From contig CAJTNG010000001.1 in the NCBI GenBank assembly GCA_910577745.1, forward strand, positions 224,346 to 288,345: DNA of 64,000 bases, given 5' to 3'. This stretch comes from an uncultured Anaeroplasmataceae bacterium. Its GTDB lineage: Bacteria > Bacillota_I > Bacilli_A > Acholeplasmatales > Anaeroplasmataceae. Every line of letters begins with the position of its first letter. Position 1 is the first letter of the stretch. Below the pieces are notes generated by a model. It did not search any database. It was given only the letters and a program-made list of their open reading frames with translations, and was not told the origin of the DNA. Position numbers and translations under genes: made by a program. Below, in pieces: positions 36,827-46,259 of this stretch.

Positions 36827-37546
36827 ATGGCAATGTGGAATCCTTGGCGAGGGTGTAAAAAATGTAGTGATGGATGTCTTCATTGCTATATACATAAAGG
36901 AGATTTAAAAAGAAATATAAATACGAATGAAATCGTAAAAACCAAAGACTTTTTAAAACCTATAGAGAAAGTAAAAAATGGAAGTTATAAAATGAAATCA
37001 GGACTGGTTTATCTATGCTTTTCTACGGATTTCTTGATCGAAGAAGCAGACCAATGGAGAAATGATTGTTGGAAAATGATAAAAGAAAGACAAGACTGTA
37101 CATTCTTATTTCTGACTAAAAGAATAGATCGATTTATGAAATGTATTCCCAATGATTGGAAGGATGGATATGATAATGTAGTTGTATGTTGCACTATAGA
37201 AAATCAAAAAAATGCAGATGTTAAATTATCTATATTTAAAGATTTACCTATAAAGCATAAGTGTATTACAGCCCAACCCTTATTAGAGAGTATAGACATA
37301 GAAAAGTATCTTCCTCATATAGAACTTGTTGTGGTAGGAGGAGAATCGGATGGTAATGCTCGACCATTAAAGTATGACTGGGTATTACAAATTAGAGAAC
37401 AGTGTATACGAAATCATATTAGTTTTGAATTTAGGCAATGTGGAACTTATTTCATAAAAGATGGGAAACAATATAAGCTTCAAACCAAAGACTTAATTAA
37501 ACAGGCTAAGTTGGCTAACATAGATTATAAAATAACTGATATTTAA
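36827..37546 (+). CDS. DUF5131 (Gp37/Gp68) family protein
   Basis: N-terminal WNPWRGCKKCSDGCLHCY Cys cluster, FLFLTKR, TAQPLLESI, VVVGGESDGNARPLKYDWV, FEFRQCG. This matches the family pattern WNP-x-GC...GC-x-x-CY...GGESG...FKQWG. Confidence 0.65.
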   Translation: MAMWNPWRGCKKCSDGCLHCYIHKGDLKRNINTNEIVKTKDFLKPIEKVKNGSYKMKSGLVYLCFSTDFLIEEADQWRNDCWKMIKERQDCTFLFLTKRIDRFMKCIPNDWKDGYDNVVVCCTIENQKNADVKLSIFKDLPIKHKCITAQPLLESIDIEKYLPHIELVVVGGESDGNARPLKYDWVLQIREQCIRNHISFEFRQCGTYFIKDGKQYKLQTKDLIKQAKLANIDYKITDI

Positions 37547-37596
37547 AGTTTAGAATTATTATTTCCTTTACAGGTTTCCAATGTAAGGGCATAGCA

Positions 37597-37626
37597 AGTG
37601 GAGCGTGAAGATAACTCCATTTTTTC
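37597..37626 (+). terminator. terminator-like hairpin
   Basis: AGTGGAG pairs with CTCCATT (one G-U), followed by TTTTT. Confidence 0.4.
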
Positions 37627-37691
37627 TTCTTGTGTAAAAATTACATTTTTGTTATGAATATGTTATAATTATTTTTGAAGTAGGTGATAGT

Positions 37692-38258
37692 ATGGAATTG
37701 AAAAATATTCTAACTATAAAAAATCGATATGAGTTTAGAGATTGGCTTAAAAATAATCATGATAAGGAGCAAGAATGCTGGATTTTTTGTAAAAGAGGAA
37801 AGCCTGTTGATGATATACATTTTTGGTATTTAGATGCTGTAGAAGAGGCATTATGTTTTGGATGGATTGATTCAACCATAAAGAAAGTGGATGGGAGAAT
37901 AGTTCAGCGATTTACGCCAAGAAAAAGTGATAGATGGTCTGAATTGAATAAAGAAAGATGTCGCAGATTAGAGAAATTAGGATGGATGACGGATGCAGGA
38001 AGAAGGTGTTTACCTGATATGTCAGTAAATTCTTTTGTTATAGATCAAGATATATTAGATGCATTAAAGAAAGATGAAGTCATATGGAATCATTTTAATT
38101 CTTTTCCACCTTTATATCAAAGAGTTCGTATAAATACCATTGCGATTACCAAGAAAAATAAAGAATTATTTCAAAGCCGTTTAGAAAAATTCCTTCAGAA
38201 TACAGCGGAAGGAAAACTTTATGGAGATTGGAATGATTATGGAAGATTGATTACATAG
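37692..38258 (+). CDS. YdeI/OmpD-associated family protein
   Basis: FRDWLKNNHDKEQECWI...WYLDAVEEALCFGWIDS...RFTPRKSDRWSELNKER resembles the YdeI family signature. Confidence 0.5.
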   Translation: MELKNILTIKNRYEFRDWLKNNHDKEQECWIFCKRGKPVDDIHFWYLDAVEEALCFGWIDSTIKKVDGRIVQRFTPRKSDRWSELNKERCRRLEKLGWMTDAGRRCLPDMSVNSFVIDQDILDALKKDEVIWNHFNSFPPLYQRVRINTIAITKKNKELFQSRLEKFLQNTAEGKLYGDWNDYGRLIT

Positions 38259-38294
38259 AATCATTTTAATATAAAATTGGAAGGTGTAAGGTGT

Positions 38295-38786
38295 ATGAAT
38301 TGGAATCTTGGATTTTCTTACGTTGGACTTTTCTTTTTGTTTATGTTATATATTCCAAATATCATTTGGAGTAAATATAAACCAAAAGACTATGATATTT
38401 TTATGAAAACTGAAAATAAGGTATTGGTTATATTTGAAAAAATTGGTGAAGTTTTGGTCACCTGCGTATCCTTAATCTTTACAGATTTTAATATAAATGC
38501 AATTAACTATTGGAGCATAGTTCTTTTATTGGCATTTCTTGTTATGCTTTTATATGAAATATATTGGATAAAATATTTCAGAAGTGAAAAAACTATGCAG
38601 GATATGTATAGCAGTTTGCTGGGTATCCCTGTGGCAGGTGCTACGCTATCCGTTTTTGCCTTTTTGCTATTGGGGATTTATGGCAGAAATATAGTTATGA
38701 TACTCTCCGTCATCCTTTTAGGTATAGGTCATATTGGTATTTCTTTAGGTCATAGAAAGCAAATCCAGATAGGAGGGAAAATATGA
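38295..38786 (+). CDS. small polytopic membrane protein, unknown function
   Basis: 4-5 hydrophobic helices. ATG 38295 behind AAGGTG. The stop overlaps the next start (ATGA). Confidence 0.5.
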   Translation: MNWNLGFSYVGLFFLFMLYIPNIIWSKYKPKDYDIFMKTENKVLVIFEKIGEVLVTCVSLIFTDFNINAINYWSIVLLLAFLVMLLYEIYWIKYFRSEKTMQDMYSSLLGIPVAGATLSVFAFLLLGIYGRNIVMILSVILLGIGHIGISLGHRKQIQIGGKI

Positions 38787-39733
38787 TTATCAATACAGGG
38801 GGTAGAACGGATACAGTTCAGTATTTTACCGAGTGGTTGTGCAATCGCTTTAAAGAGGGCTTTGTATATACTAGAAATCCGTTATTTCCAAACAAAGTAA
38901 GTCGATATGAGCTTACTCCAGACAAGGTAGACTGTGTTATCTTTTGTTCAAAAAATTATCAGACAATTTTACCAAGGCTTCACGAGATTACAAGTAAGTT
39001 CAATACATATTTTCATTATACCATTACGGCTTATGGAAAAGATATTGAACCAGGAGTTCCATCGATTGACGAAAGCATAGAAACATTAATTCAATTATCC
39101 AAGCAAGTAGGAAAACAGAGAGTTTCATGGAGATATGATCCAGTTTTATTTACAGAAAATTATACTCTGAAGGTTCATTTAGACACATTTGAAGTTATGG
39201 CAAAACGATTGGCTCCCTATATAGATCGTTGTATTTTCAGTTTTGTAGAACGATATAAAAAGCTAGAACACAACATGCCAGAACTTATTCCTTTTACAGA
39301 ACAAGATAAGGAAACTATAGCAAGAGAGCTTGGCAAGATTGCTAAAAAATATGGAATACATCTTCAGACTTGTGGGACGAATGGAGATTACGCTAAGTAT
39401 GGCATTCATCCTTCTGGCTGTTCGACATTAAAAATTTTAGCAAATGCGAATCAAATCGAGTTCAAGACGCTAAAGCATAAAGGAATGCGACAAGGATGTC
39501 ATTGTATTGAGAGTCGGGATATTGGTGCTTATGACACCTGTTTAAATGGTTGTAAATATTGTTATGCAAATCAAACACCCCAAAAAGCCAGAGTAAATTT
39601 TAAATACCATGATCCGAATTCTCCTTTATTATTAGGGGATTTAAAGCCGACGGATGAGCTTATGACTACTCCTCAAAACTCTTTTAGAATTCCAAAGGTA
39701 AGACAATTGTCTTTATTTTCTGATAATGAATAA
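38783..39733 (+). CDS. DUF1848 family protein (C-terminal radical-SAM-like Cys cluster)
   Basis: MIINTGGRTDTVQYFTEWLCNRFKEGFVYTRNP...WRYDPV...CIFSFVERYKK, plus C-terminal GCHCIESRDIGAYDTCLNGCKYCYAN. Confidence 0.6.
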   Translation: MIINTGGRTDTVQYFTEWLCNRFKEGFVYTRNPLFPNKVSRYELTPDKVDCVIFCSKNYQTILPRLHEITSKFNTYFHYTITAYGKDIEPGVPSIDESIETLIQLSKQVGKQRVSWRYDPVLFTENYTLKVHLDTFEVMAKRLAPYIDRCIFSFVERYKKLEHNMPELIPFTEQDKETIARELGKIAKKYGIHLQTCGTNGDYAKYGIHPSGCSTLKILANANQIEFKTLKHKGMRQGCHCIESRDIGAYDTCLNGCKYCYANQTPQKARVNFKYHDPNSPLLLGDLKPTDELMTTPQNSFRIPKVRQLSLFSDNE

Positions 39734-39824
39734 ATGGCTATTGCATAGATTATTTTCTATGCAATTTTTCTTTTTTCTACATAATGTTTCTCTTTTTACA
39801 CAAGATATGAAAGAGGGGATTACT

Positions 39825-40799
39825 ATGTGTACAGCAGTTACATATCAAACAAAAGATTTTTATTTTGGAAGAACCTTGGATCATGATTTTTCATATCATG
39901 AGCAAGTGGTCATTACTCCCAAAAACTATCCATTTCATTTCAGAAAAGAAAAAAGCTTAAAGACGCATTATGCAATGATTGGTATGGCTTATGTGGTGGA
40001 GGAATATCCGCTATATTATGATGCCTGTAATGAAAAGGGATTGTGTATGGCAGGATTAAATTTTGTAGGCAATGCCGTTTATTTCAAGCCAATGAAAAAT
40101 AAAATAAATTTGGCAAATTTCGAACTGATCCCTTACATCTTAGGAACATGTTCTAGTGTAAAAGAAGTAAAGGAACTTTTTGAAAAAATGAATATGATAG
40201 ATATGCCCTTTTCCCGCGATCTGCCATGTGCAGAACTTCACTACCTCATTTCAGATGCGAATGAATCCATCACAGTGGAAAGCGTAGAAAGTGGAATCCA
40301 TATCTATCAAAACCATGTTGGTGTTTTAACGAACAATCCACCCTTTGGCATCCAAATGTTTCATTTAAATATGTTCTTAAATTTATCTAGTCAAGAGCCT
40401 TATAACAAATTTTCTGATAAGATTGAATTAGATAAATTTAGTAGAGGTATGGGGGCTATCGGACTGCCAGGGGATGTGTCGTCCACCTCAAGATTTGTAC
40501 GTGCTTGTTTTGTAAAACTCAATTCAGTTTCATCTTGTGAAGAAACAGAAAGTGTAAGTCAGTTTTTTCATATTTTAAATTCGGTAGATCAGCAACGGGG
40601 CTGTTGCAGGCTAGAAGAGGATAAATATGAGATAACAATCTATACTTCATGCATCAACGCGACTAAAGGAATTTATTACTATACTACCTACGATAATCAT
40701 CAAATTACGGCCATAAACATGTTTGCGGAAAACTTGAATCAAAGTCAATTGATTACTTTTCCGTTACGTAAAAAAGAACAGATTTATCTAGAGAATTAG
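39825..40799 (+). CDS. choloylglycine hydrolase family Ntn-hydrolase (bile salt hydrolase / penicillin V acylase type)
   Basis: Start reset so that the protein begins MCTAVTYQTKDFYFGRTLD (nucleophile Cys2, conserved R and D). GAGGGG RBS upstream. The track ORF has a spurious 33-aa extension. Confidence 0.75.
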   Translation: MCTAVTYQTKDFYFGRTLDHDFSYHEQVVITPKNYPFHFRKEKSLKTHYAMIGMAYVVEEYPLYYDACNEKGLCMAGLNFVGNAVYFKPMKNKINLANFELIPYILGTCSSVKEVKELFEKMNMIDMPFSRDLPCAELHYLISDANESITVESVESGIHIYQNHVGVLTNNPPFGIQMFHLNMFLNLSSQEPYNKFSDKIELDKFSRGMGAIGLPGDVSSTSRFVRACFVKLNSVSSCEETESVSQFFHILNSVDQQRGCCRLEEDKYEITIYTSCINATKGIYYYTTYDNHQITAINMFAENLNQSQLITFPLRKKEQIYLEN

Positions 40800-40882
40800 A
40801 ATTTGTTTTAAAAATAAAAACTTAAGTAGAAACTCGTCATTTTTTGTGATAAAATAAGAAAAGATGATGGAGGAAACTTAAG

Positions 40883-42049
40883 ATGCTAGGTAATTTTACG
40901 TATTCAAATCCTACTAGATTATATTTTGGTAAGGATGCTTTAGAAAATTTAAAAACAGAATTAAAGAAGTATGGAAAAAACGTACTACTTATTTATGGGG
41001 GCGGTTCTATAAAAAGAACAGGCTTGTATGATAAAATCATTTATATTTTACAGGAAGCAGAGAAGAATGTTTTTGAAGATGCTGGTGTAATGCCCAACCC
41101 TACTGTTGAAAAATTATACGAAGGTGCAAAGCGCGCGAAAGCTTGTAATGCCGATTTATTACTGGCTGTTGGTGGCGGGTCTGTCATTGATTATGCAAAA
41201 GCTGTTGCGGTATCTGCTCATTGTGAAGAGGACCCTTGGGATAAATACTATTTGCGATTTGAAGAACCAACCTGTAGAATTCTTCCTATCGGATCTGTAC
41301 TTACGATGGTTGGAACTGGTTCAGAAATGAATGGTGGTGCTGTAATTACAAATCCTGATCAAAAGCTGAAAATTGGACATGTCTTTGGGGAAAATGTTTT
41401 TCCTAAATTTTCCATTTTAAATCCAGAATTAACTTTTACGGTTCCAAAGTACCAAATGGTTGCAGGAATTTTTGATATTATGTCTCATATTATGGAACAG
41501 TATTTTTCTGGTGAAGATGATAATACCTCTGATTATATTATGGAAGGATTAATGCGTAGTTTAATTCATTCTAGTAGAATTGCAGCAAAGGATCCTTTGA
41601 ATTACGAGGCGAGAAGTAATATTATGTGGATATCCACATGGGCATTAAATACATTAGTGGCTAAAGGAAAAACGACGGACTGGATGGTTCATATGATTGG
41701 GCAGTCTATCGGAGCTTATACGGATGCCACTCATGGGATGACGTTATCAAGTGTATCTTTGGCATATTACCGCTATATTTTAAAGGATGGATTACATCAA
41801 TTTAAAAAGTTTGCGTTAAATGTATGGAATGTTTCCCCAGACCAAAAATCAGACGAAGCTATTGCTTTAGAAGGATTAGAGGCTATGGAGCATTGGATGA
41901 AGGAAATAGGGCTTGTATTAAACATTACGGAACTAGGGGTTACAGAGGAACTCCTTGATGGGATTGTCAAAGGTACTTTAAGTATGGATGGTGGCTATAA
42001 GAAGCTAACCTCTAGTGATATATTAGAAATTTTAAAGAGAAGTATGTAA
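40883..42049 (+). CDS. iron-containing (group III) alcohol dehydrogenase, butanol-dehydrogenase-like
   Basis: LIYGGGSIKR, AVGGGSVIDYAKAVA, and a His-rich metal site (HIMEQYF, ATHGM). Confidence 0.8.
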   Translation: MLGNFTYSNPTRLYFGKDALENLKTELKKYGKNVLLIYGGGSIKRTGLYDKIIYILQEAEKNVFEDAGVMPNPTVEKLYEGAKRAKACNADLLLAVGGGSVIDYAKAVAVSAHCEEDPWDKYYLRFEEPTCRILPIGSVLTMVGTGSEMNGGAVITNPDQKLKIGHVFGENVFPKFSILNPELTFTVPKYQMVAGIFDIMSHIMEQYFSGEDDNTSDYIMEGLMRSLIHSSRIAAKDPLNYEARSNIMWISTWALNTLVAKGKTTDWMVHMIGQSIGAYTDATHGMTLSSVSLAYYRYILKDGLHQFKKFALNVWNVSPDQKSDEAIALEGLEAMEHWMKEIGLVLNITELGVTEELLDGIVKGTLSMDGGYKKLTSSDILEILKRSM

Positions 42050-42054
42050 TCCTT

Positions 42055-42077
42055 GCACTCCATCTGGGGGTGCTTTT
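42055..42077 (+). terminator. terminator-like hairpin after the ADH gene
   Basis: GCACTCC pairs with GGGGTGC (one G-U), then TTTT. Confidence 0.4.
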
Positions 42078-42176
42078 ACTTTAAATAAAATGAAATTTGA
42101 TAGCAAATTTAGATGCTTTTAAGGGCATCTTGTGATAAAATAGAGAAGTACTATAAGTATGAGATGAGGTGTTTAT

Positions 42177-42764
42177 ATGAAGAAAAGTAGTATTATGATG
42201 CCGTTGTTTGTTTTATTATTTTTTTTAATTTTTATGTTCGGCTTACTGAAATATTTTGTGGTGGCATATGTTCTTCTAGGGTTAGCCTTCGGATTGGCAG
42301 TTTTAATTTTCGTTTTATTTAAAAAAGAATTAAATCGTATCAATGCGATATCCCATATGATTTATGAGGAAAAAGAGTATTTCAATGCTTTAGAAGAGAT
42401 TGATTCTATTCATGAAAGAAAATTATTTCAAGGAAACTATTATTATCTTAGAGCCTTAAAGGTCAGTGTTTTACTATTATTAGAAAATGAAGATGTGGCC
42501 TTACATACCTTAACTTCTACAGAATGGAACAATCAATATCAATTTTATATTTACTATTCTTTCTTATTGAATGTATATTTTGAAAGATTAGATGAGGCAG
42601 AGTTTTCTTTCTCTCATTTACAGAAAATAAAAAATAAGAATTATATAGAACAAAAAAATATTGCAATAGAAATATATAAGGTGATGCATGGAGAATCCTA
42701 TAATAAAGGATTATTGGAGAATTCTTTATATCCTATTGTACAAAAAATCATGAAGAAATATTAG
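42177..42764 (+). CDS. hypothetical membrane protein (2 TM plus helical-repeat-like domain)
   Basis: Two N-terminal hydrophobic helices, no recognised motif. GAGGTG RBS. Confidence 0.45.
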   Translation: MKKSSIMMPLFVLLFFLIFMFGLLKYFVVAYVLLGLAFGLAVLIFVLFKKELNRINAISHMIYEEKEYFNALEEIDSIHERKLFQGNYYYLRALKVSVLLLLENEDVALHTLTSTEWNNQYQFYIYYSFLLNVYFERLDEAEFSFSHLQKIKNKNYIEQKNIAIEIYKVMHGESYNKGLLENSLYPIVQKIMKKY

Positions 42765-42776
42765 AAAGGAAACATT

Positions 42777-44348
42777 ATGAAACGAATAGAATGGCTTGAA
42801 GATGCTGTATTTTATGAGATCTATCCCCAATCCTTTTATGATTCTAACGGAGATGGAATTGGAGATATATTAGGAATTGTTGCAAAACTAGACTATGTAA
42901 AATCCCTAGGCTGTAATGCGATTTGGATGAATCCATGTTTTGATTCACCTTTTAAGGATGCAGGCTATGATGTGAGAAATTACAAGCTAGTTGCACCTAG
43001 ATATGGGACTAATGAGGACTTAGAAACACTTGTGGAGGAAATGCATAAAAGGGATATGCATTTACTTTTAGATCTTGTTCCTTGTCACACAAGTGAAGAA
43101 CATCCTTGGTTTAAAGCTTCTACCAAACAAGAGAAAAATGAGCATTCTCAAAGATTTATTTGGACAGATGGTGCATTTTATAAACCAAATCATTTGACAG
43201 CGGTAGGAGGAGAATATGAAAGAAATGGAACGTATGTTATTTCGTTCTTTAATTGTCAGCCTTCTTTAAATTATGGATTTCAATCTGTGACAGAAAAATG
43301 GCAATGTGCAACAGATTCTAAGGAAGCTATTTCTACACAGGATGCTATGATAGATGTCATGAAATTTTGGCTTGCAAAAGGCGTAGATGGATTCCGTGTA
43401 GATATGGCAGCCTGTCTAGTGAAACATGATGAGGGAGAAGTTGGAACTCAAGAAGCTTGGAAGAGAATGTTCAGTATCGTTCGTAAGGCGTATCCTGAAG
43501 CTGTTTTTGTATCAGAATGGAGTAATCCTACTAGGTCTTTAAAGTGTGGCTTTACTATGGATTTTTATTTAGATCATGGCTGGAATGGTGGAAATGGATA
43601 CCATCATTTATTAAGAGATAATGATATAGATTTAAATACATATCAACTGACCAAGGATGAATCTTATTTTAAGTTTGAGTCCTCACAAACGATTCATAAA
43701 TTTTTAAAGGAATATATAAACGATTATAAAGAAACAAAAAATGATGGGTATATCTCATGGATTACAGATAATCATGATATGATTCGTTTAAAGAAGTTTT
43801 TTACGGAAGAAGAAATTAAAGTGATATATGGCTTTATCTTTACAATGCCAGGGGTTCCTTTTCTTTACTATGGGGATGAGATTGGAATGAACTACTTAGA
43901 GATTCCTACAAAAGAAGGGGGATATCATAGGACGGGTAGTAGAACACCTATGCAATGGGCGCAGAAAAAAAATTTAGGATTTTCTAAAGCAGATAAAGAA
44001 AAATTATATTTACCTGTAGATGAATCAGTTGAAGCTCCAACGGTAGAACAGGCTTTGCAGGATAAAACATCTTTATTACAGTATGTGAAAGCTTTAATTG
44101 CTTTGCGACATACGTATAAAGATTTGCAATCTGTAAACAATTTTGAACTTTATGCAGCTAGCAAAAAGTCTAAGTTATTTGCTTATAAACGAGGAGATTT
44201 CTTAATGGTAGTAAATCCTTCTTCCCGAGAAGAACGCTTGAAATTAGACGCAAAATATCAGGTTATGCATAGTGTGGGAACATATGAATTAGAAGCAAAT
44301 CGACTTACGAAACTAAAACAGTGCTTCTTAATTTTAAAAAGGAACTAG
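42777..44348 (+). CDS. GH13 alpha-amylase-family glycosidase (alpha-glucosidase / oligo-1,6-glucosidase-like, cytoplasmic)
   Basis: AVFYEIYPQSFYDSNGDGIGD, GCNAIWMNPCFDSP, GVDGFRVDMAA (nucleophile), FVSEW, TDNHDM. No signal peptide. Confidence 0.8.
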   Translation: MKRIEWLEDAVFYEIYPQSFYDSNGDGIGDILGIVAKLDYVKSLGCNAIWMNPCFDSPFKDAGYDVRNYKLVAPRYGTNEDLETLVEEMHKRDMHLLLDLVPCHTSEEHPWFKASTKQEKNEHSQRFIWTDGAFYKPNHLTAVGGEYERNGTYVISFFNCQPSLNYGFQSVTEKWQCATDSKEAISTQDAMIDVMKFWLAKGVDGFRVDMAACLVKHDEGEVGTQEAWKRMFSIVRKAYPEAVFVSEWSNPTRSLKCGFTMDFYLDHGWNGGNGYHHLLRDNDIDLNTYQLTKDESYFKFESSQTIHKFLKEYINDYKETKNDGYISWITDNHDMIRLKKFFTEEEIKVIYGFIFTMPGVPFLYYGDEIGMNYLEIPTKEGGYHRTGSRTPMQWAQKKNLGFSKADKEKLYLPVDESVEAPTVEQALQDKTSLLQYVKALIALRHTYKDLQSVNNFELYAASKKSKLFAYKRGDFLMVVNPSSREERLKLDAKYQVMHSVGTYELEANRLTKLKQCFLILKRN

Positions 44349-44359
44349 GAGTTCTAGCC

Positions 44360-44776
44360 ATGAAAATTAGACATGCTTTAGAAAAAGATATAGATTTTCT
44401 AAAAGAGAAGGATCGTCATTTAACTTATGAGACGTTATGTGAATGCATTTCCCAAAGAAGAATCTATATTTTAGAAATCAATGAGAGGTCTGTAGGATGG
44501 CTTAGATACAATCTCTTTTGGGATAATACCCCCTTTATGAATTTACTATATGTGTTAGAAGAATATAGAGGGAATGGCTATGGAAGTCAACTTGTGAAAT
44601 TTTTTGAACGTCAAATGCTGAATCAAGGATTTGATATTGTAATGACTTCTACATTGGTTCATGAAACAGCGCTTCCCTTTTACTTAAAGCATAACTATAA
44701 AGTTGTAGGCGGATTTCATCCTAATACAGAAGAGTATGAAATTCTTTTACAAAAAAAATTGAATGCAGGAGGTTAA
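44360..44776 (+). CDS. GNAT family N-acetyltransferase
   Basis: YRGNGYGSQLVKFFE acetyl-CoA motif. ATG 44360 behind AGGAG. Confidence 0.65.
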   Translation: MKIRHALEKDIDFLKEKDRHLTYETLCECISQRRIYILEINERSVGWLRYNLFWDNTPFMNLLYVLEEYRGNGYGSQLVKFFERQMLNQGFDIVMTSTLVHETALPFYLKHNYKVVGGFHPNTEEYEILLQKKLNAGG

Positions 44777-44781
44777 ACTTT

Positions 44782-45786
44782 ATGGAAGTGAAATTTTATA
44801 AAGAAGAGCCCAAAGAAATTAAATATGTGGTCATTGTTGCAAGATATAAGGATCAGTTTGTTTTTTGTAAACATAAAGACAGAACAACCTATGAACTGCC
44901 AGGAGGACATATTGAATCCAATGAATCTATAACAGAAGCTGCCAAAAGAGAGCTTTATGAAGAGACGGGAGCCGTCAGGTTTTCTTTAGATTTTGTCAGT
45001 TATTATTCCTATAATTCTTTTGGAGCACTCTATTATGCAGAAATTGAAGAAATCACTGAGTTATCCTATGAGATAGAAAGTTTATATTTTTCTGATTATC
45101 TTCCAGTAAATCTGACTTATCCTTTGATTCAGCCTAGACTATTTAATTATGTCGTTCAGCATGCAAATATTTTCTATGGCTCTAATTTTAAACGAATGAT
45201 AGCGGGAGCCTTATATGATTCTAGTAAGAATGATCCAGAGCTTCATCGCAACTCAGTACGTAAGGCGATGGAGTATAACACGACTTTGCCTCATGAATTA
45301 GAAAAAAGAAGAGATATTATTAAAAACTGGTTTGGTTCAACTCAAGAACATTTTTACTTAGAACCAACGGTTAAAGCAGATTATGGATTTAATATTCATT
45401 TGGGAAACTATTTTTATTCAAATTTTGACTGTGTGTTTTTAGATGTAGCTCCTATCATATTTGGAGATTATGTTTATGTAGCCCCTAGATGCTGTTTTTA
45501 TACAGCAGGACATCCTATTACTGCAGAAGTTAGAAATAAAAATTTAGAATATGGATATCCCATACGAGTAGGAAATCATGTATGGTTTGGAGGTTCTGTG
45601 GTTGTTAATCCAGGGGTAACAATAGGATCAAATGTAGTTATTGGGTCTGGCTCTGTAGTTACAAAAGATATTCCAGATGGTGTTGTAGCCTGCGGAAATC
45701 CTTGTAAAGTTATAAGAGAAATAACCGAAGCAGATAAAGCTTACTGGTCTTCTCAAGAAAAGATTTTTTTAGAGGACATAAAATAA
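44782..45786 (+). CDS. fusion protein: Nudix hydrolase with maltose/galactoside O-acetyltransferase (hexapeptide LbH)
   Basis: Complete Nudix box GGHIESNESITEAAKRELYEETGA. C-terminal Maa/LacA-like region (MIAGALYDS..., GNHVWFGGSVVVNPGVTIGSNVVIGSGSVVTKDIP). Confidence 0.75.
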   Translation: MEVKFYKEEPKEIKYVVIVARYKDQFVFCKHKDRTTYELPGGHIESNESITEAAKRELYEETGAVRFSLDFVSYYSYNSFGALYYAEIEEITELSYEIESLYFSDYLPVNLTYPLIQPRLFNYVVQHANIFYGSNFKRMIAGALYDSSKNDPELHRNSVRKAMEYNTTLPHELEKRRDIIKNWFGSTQEHFYLEPTVKADYGFNIHLGNYFYSNFDCVFLDVAPIIFGDYVYVAPRCCFYTAGHPITAEVRNKNLEYGYPIRVGNHVWFGGSVVVNPGVTIGSNVVIGSGSVVTKDIPDGVVACGNPCKVIREITEADKAYWSSQEKIFLEDIK

Positions 45787-45825
45787 ATTATTTTTTCACT
45801 CAAGTTTTATACTTGAATGAAATAT

Positions 45826-45911
45826 GCAGATATGGCGAAACTGGTATACGCGCTATCTTCAGACGGTAGTGGTTATAAACCGTGTGGGTTCAAATCCCAC
45901 TATCTGCACCA
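45826..45911 (+). tRNA. tRNA-Leu (anticodon CAG)
   Basis: Hand-folded cloverleaf: acceptor GCAGATA/TATCTGC, anticodon stem CTATC/GGTAG with loop TTCAGAC, long variable arm, T-arm GTGGG-TTCAAAT-CCCAC, and encoded CCA. Confidence 0.85.
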
Positions 45912-45945
45912 TCTTTGTAGTACGAAAAGGCTACAAACTAAAAAA

Positions 45946-45978
45946 AGCTCAAAAACATATGGTTTTTGGGCTTTTTTT
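45946..45978 (+). terminator. terminator after tRNA-Leu(CAG)
   Basis: 11-bp stem, AGCTCAAAAAC with GTTTTTGGGCT, followed by TTTTTT. Confidence 0.6.
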
Positions 45979-46168
45979 AGTGGTTTTATGGCAATTTTAA
46001 AGAAATTAGCATCTAGTAAATAGGTTTGAATTTTAAGGCTGTAAATTGGCTATTTTAGAAAAAAATGAGACCTGAACTCACCAAATCTGATTATATGAAA
46101 TGCTAAAAATAGATAATTTTATATAATTTCTAATTAACGATTTTATTTTTTATTTTTTTCTGTATCTA

Positions 46169-46197
46169 TTGCTAATAATTAGAAAATTTGTTATAAT
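46169..46197 (+). promoter_or_regulatory. promoter of the orphan lipoprotein gene
   Basis: TTGCTA at 46169-46174, 17-nt spacer ending in TGT, then TATAAT at 46192-46197 (extended -10). Confidence 0.5.
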
Positions 46198-46259
46198 CAA
46201 TATATAAAATGCAGTTGGAGGAATTGAATAAGTAGAGAATAGAAAGGACTGACTTTGTA

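Noticed and set aside
36827-37546. The 'phage Gp37/Gp68' family name suggesting a prophage.
   Set aside because: No integrase, terminase, capsid or tail genes, and no att repeats, occur anywhere in the window.
45817-46023. 68-aa track ORF.
   Set aside because: It is superimposed on tRNA-Leu(CAG) and its terminator. There is no RBS.
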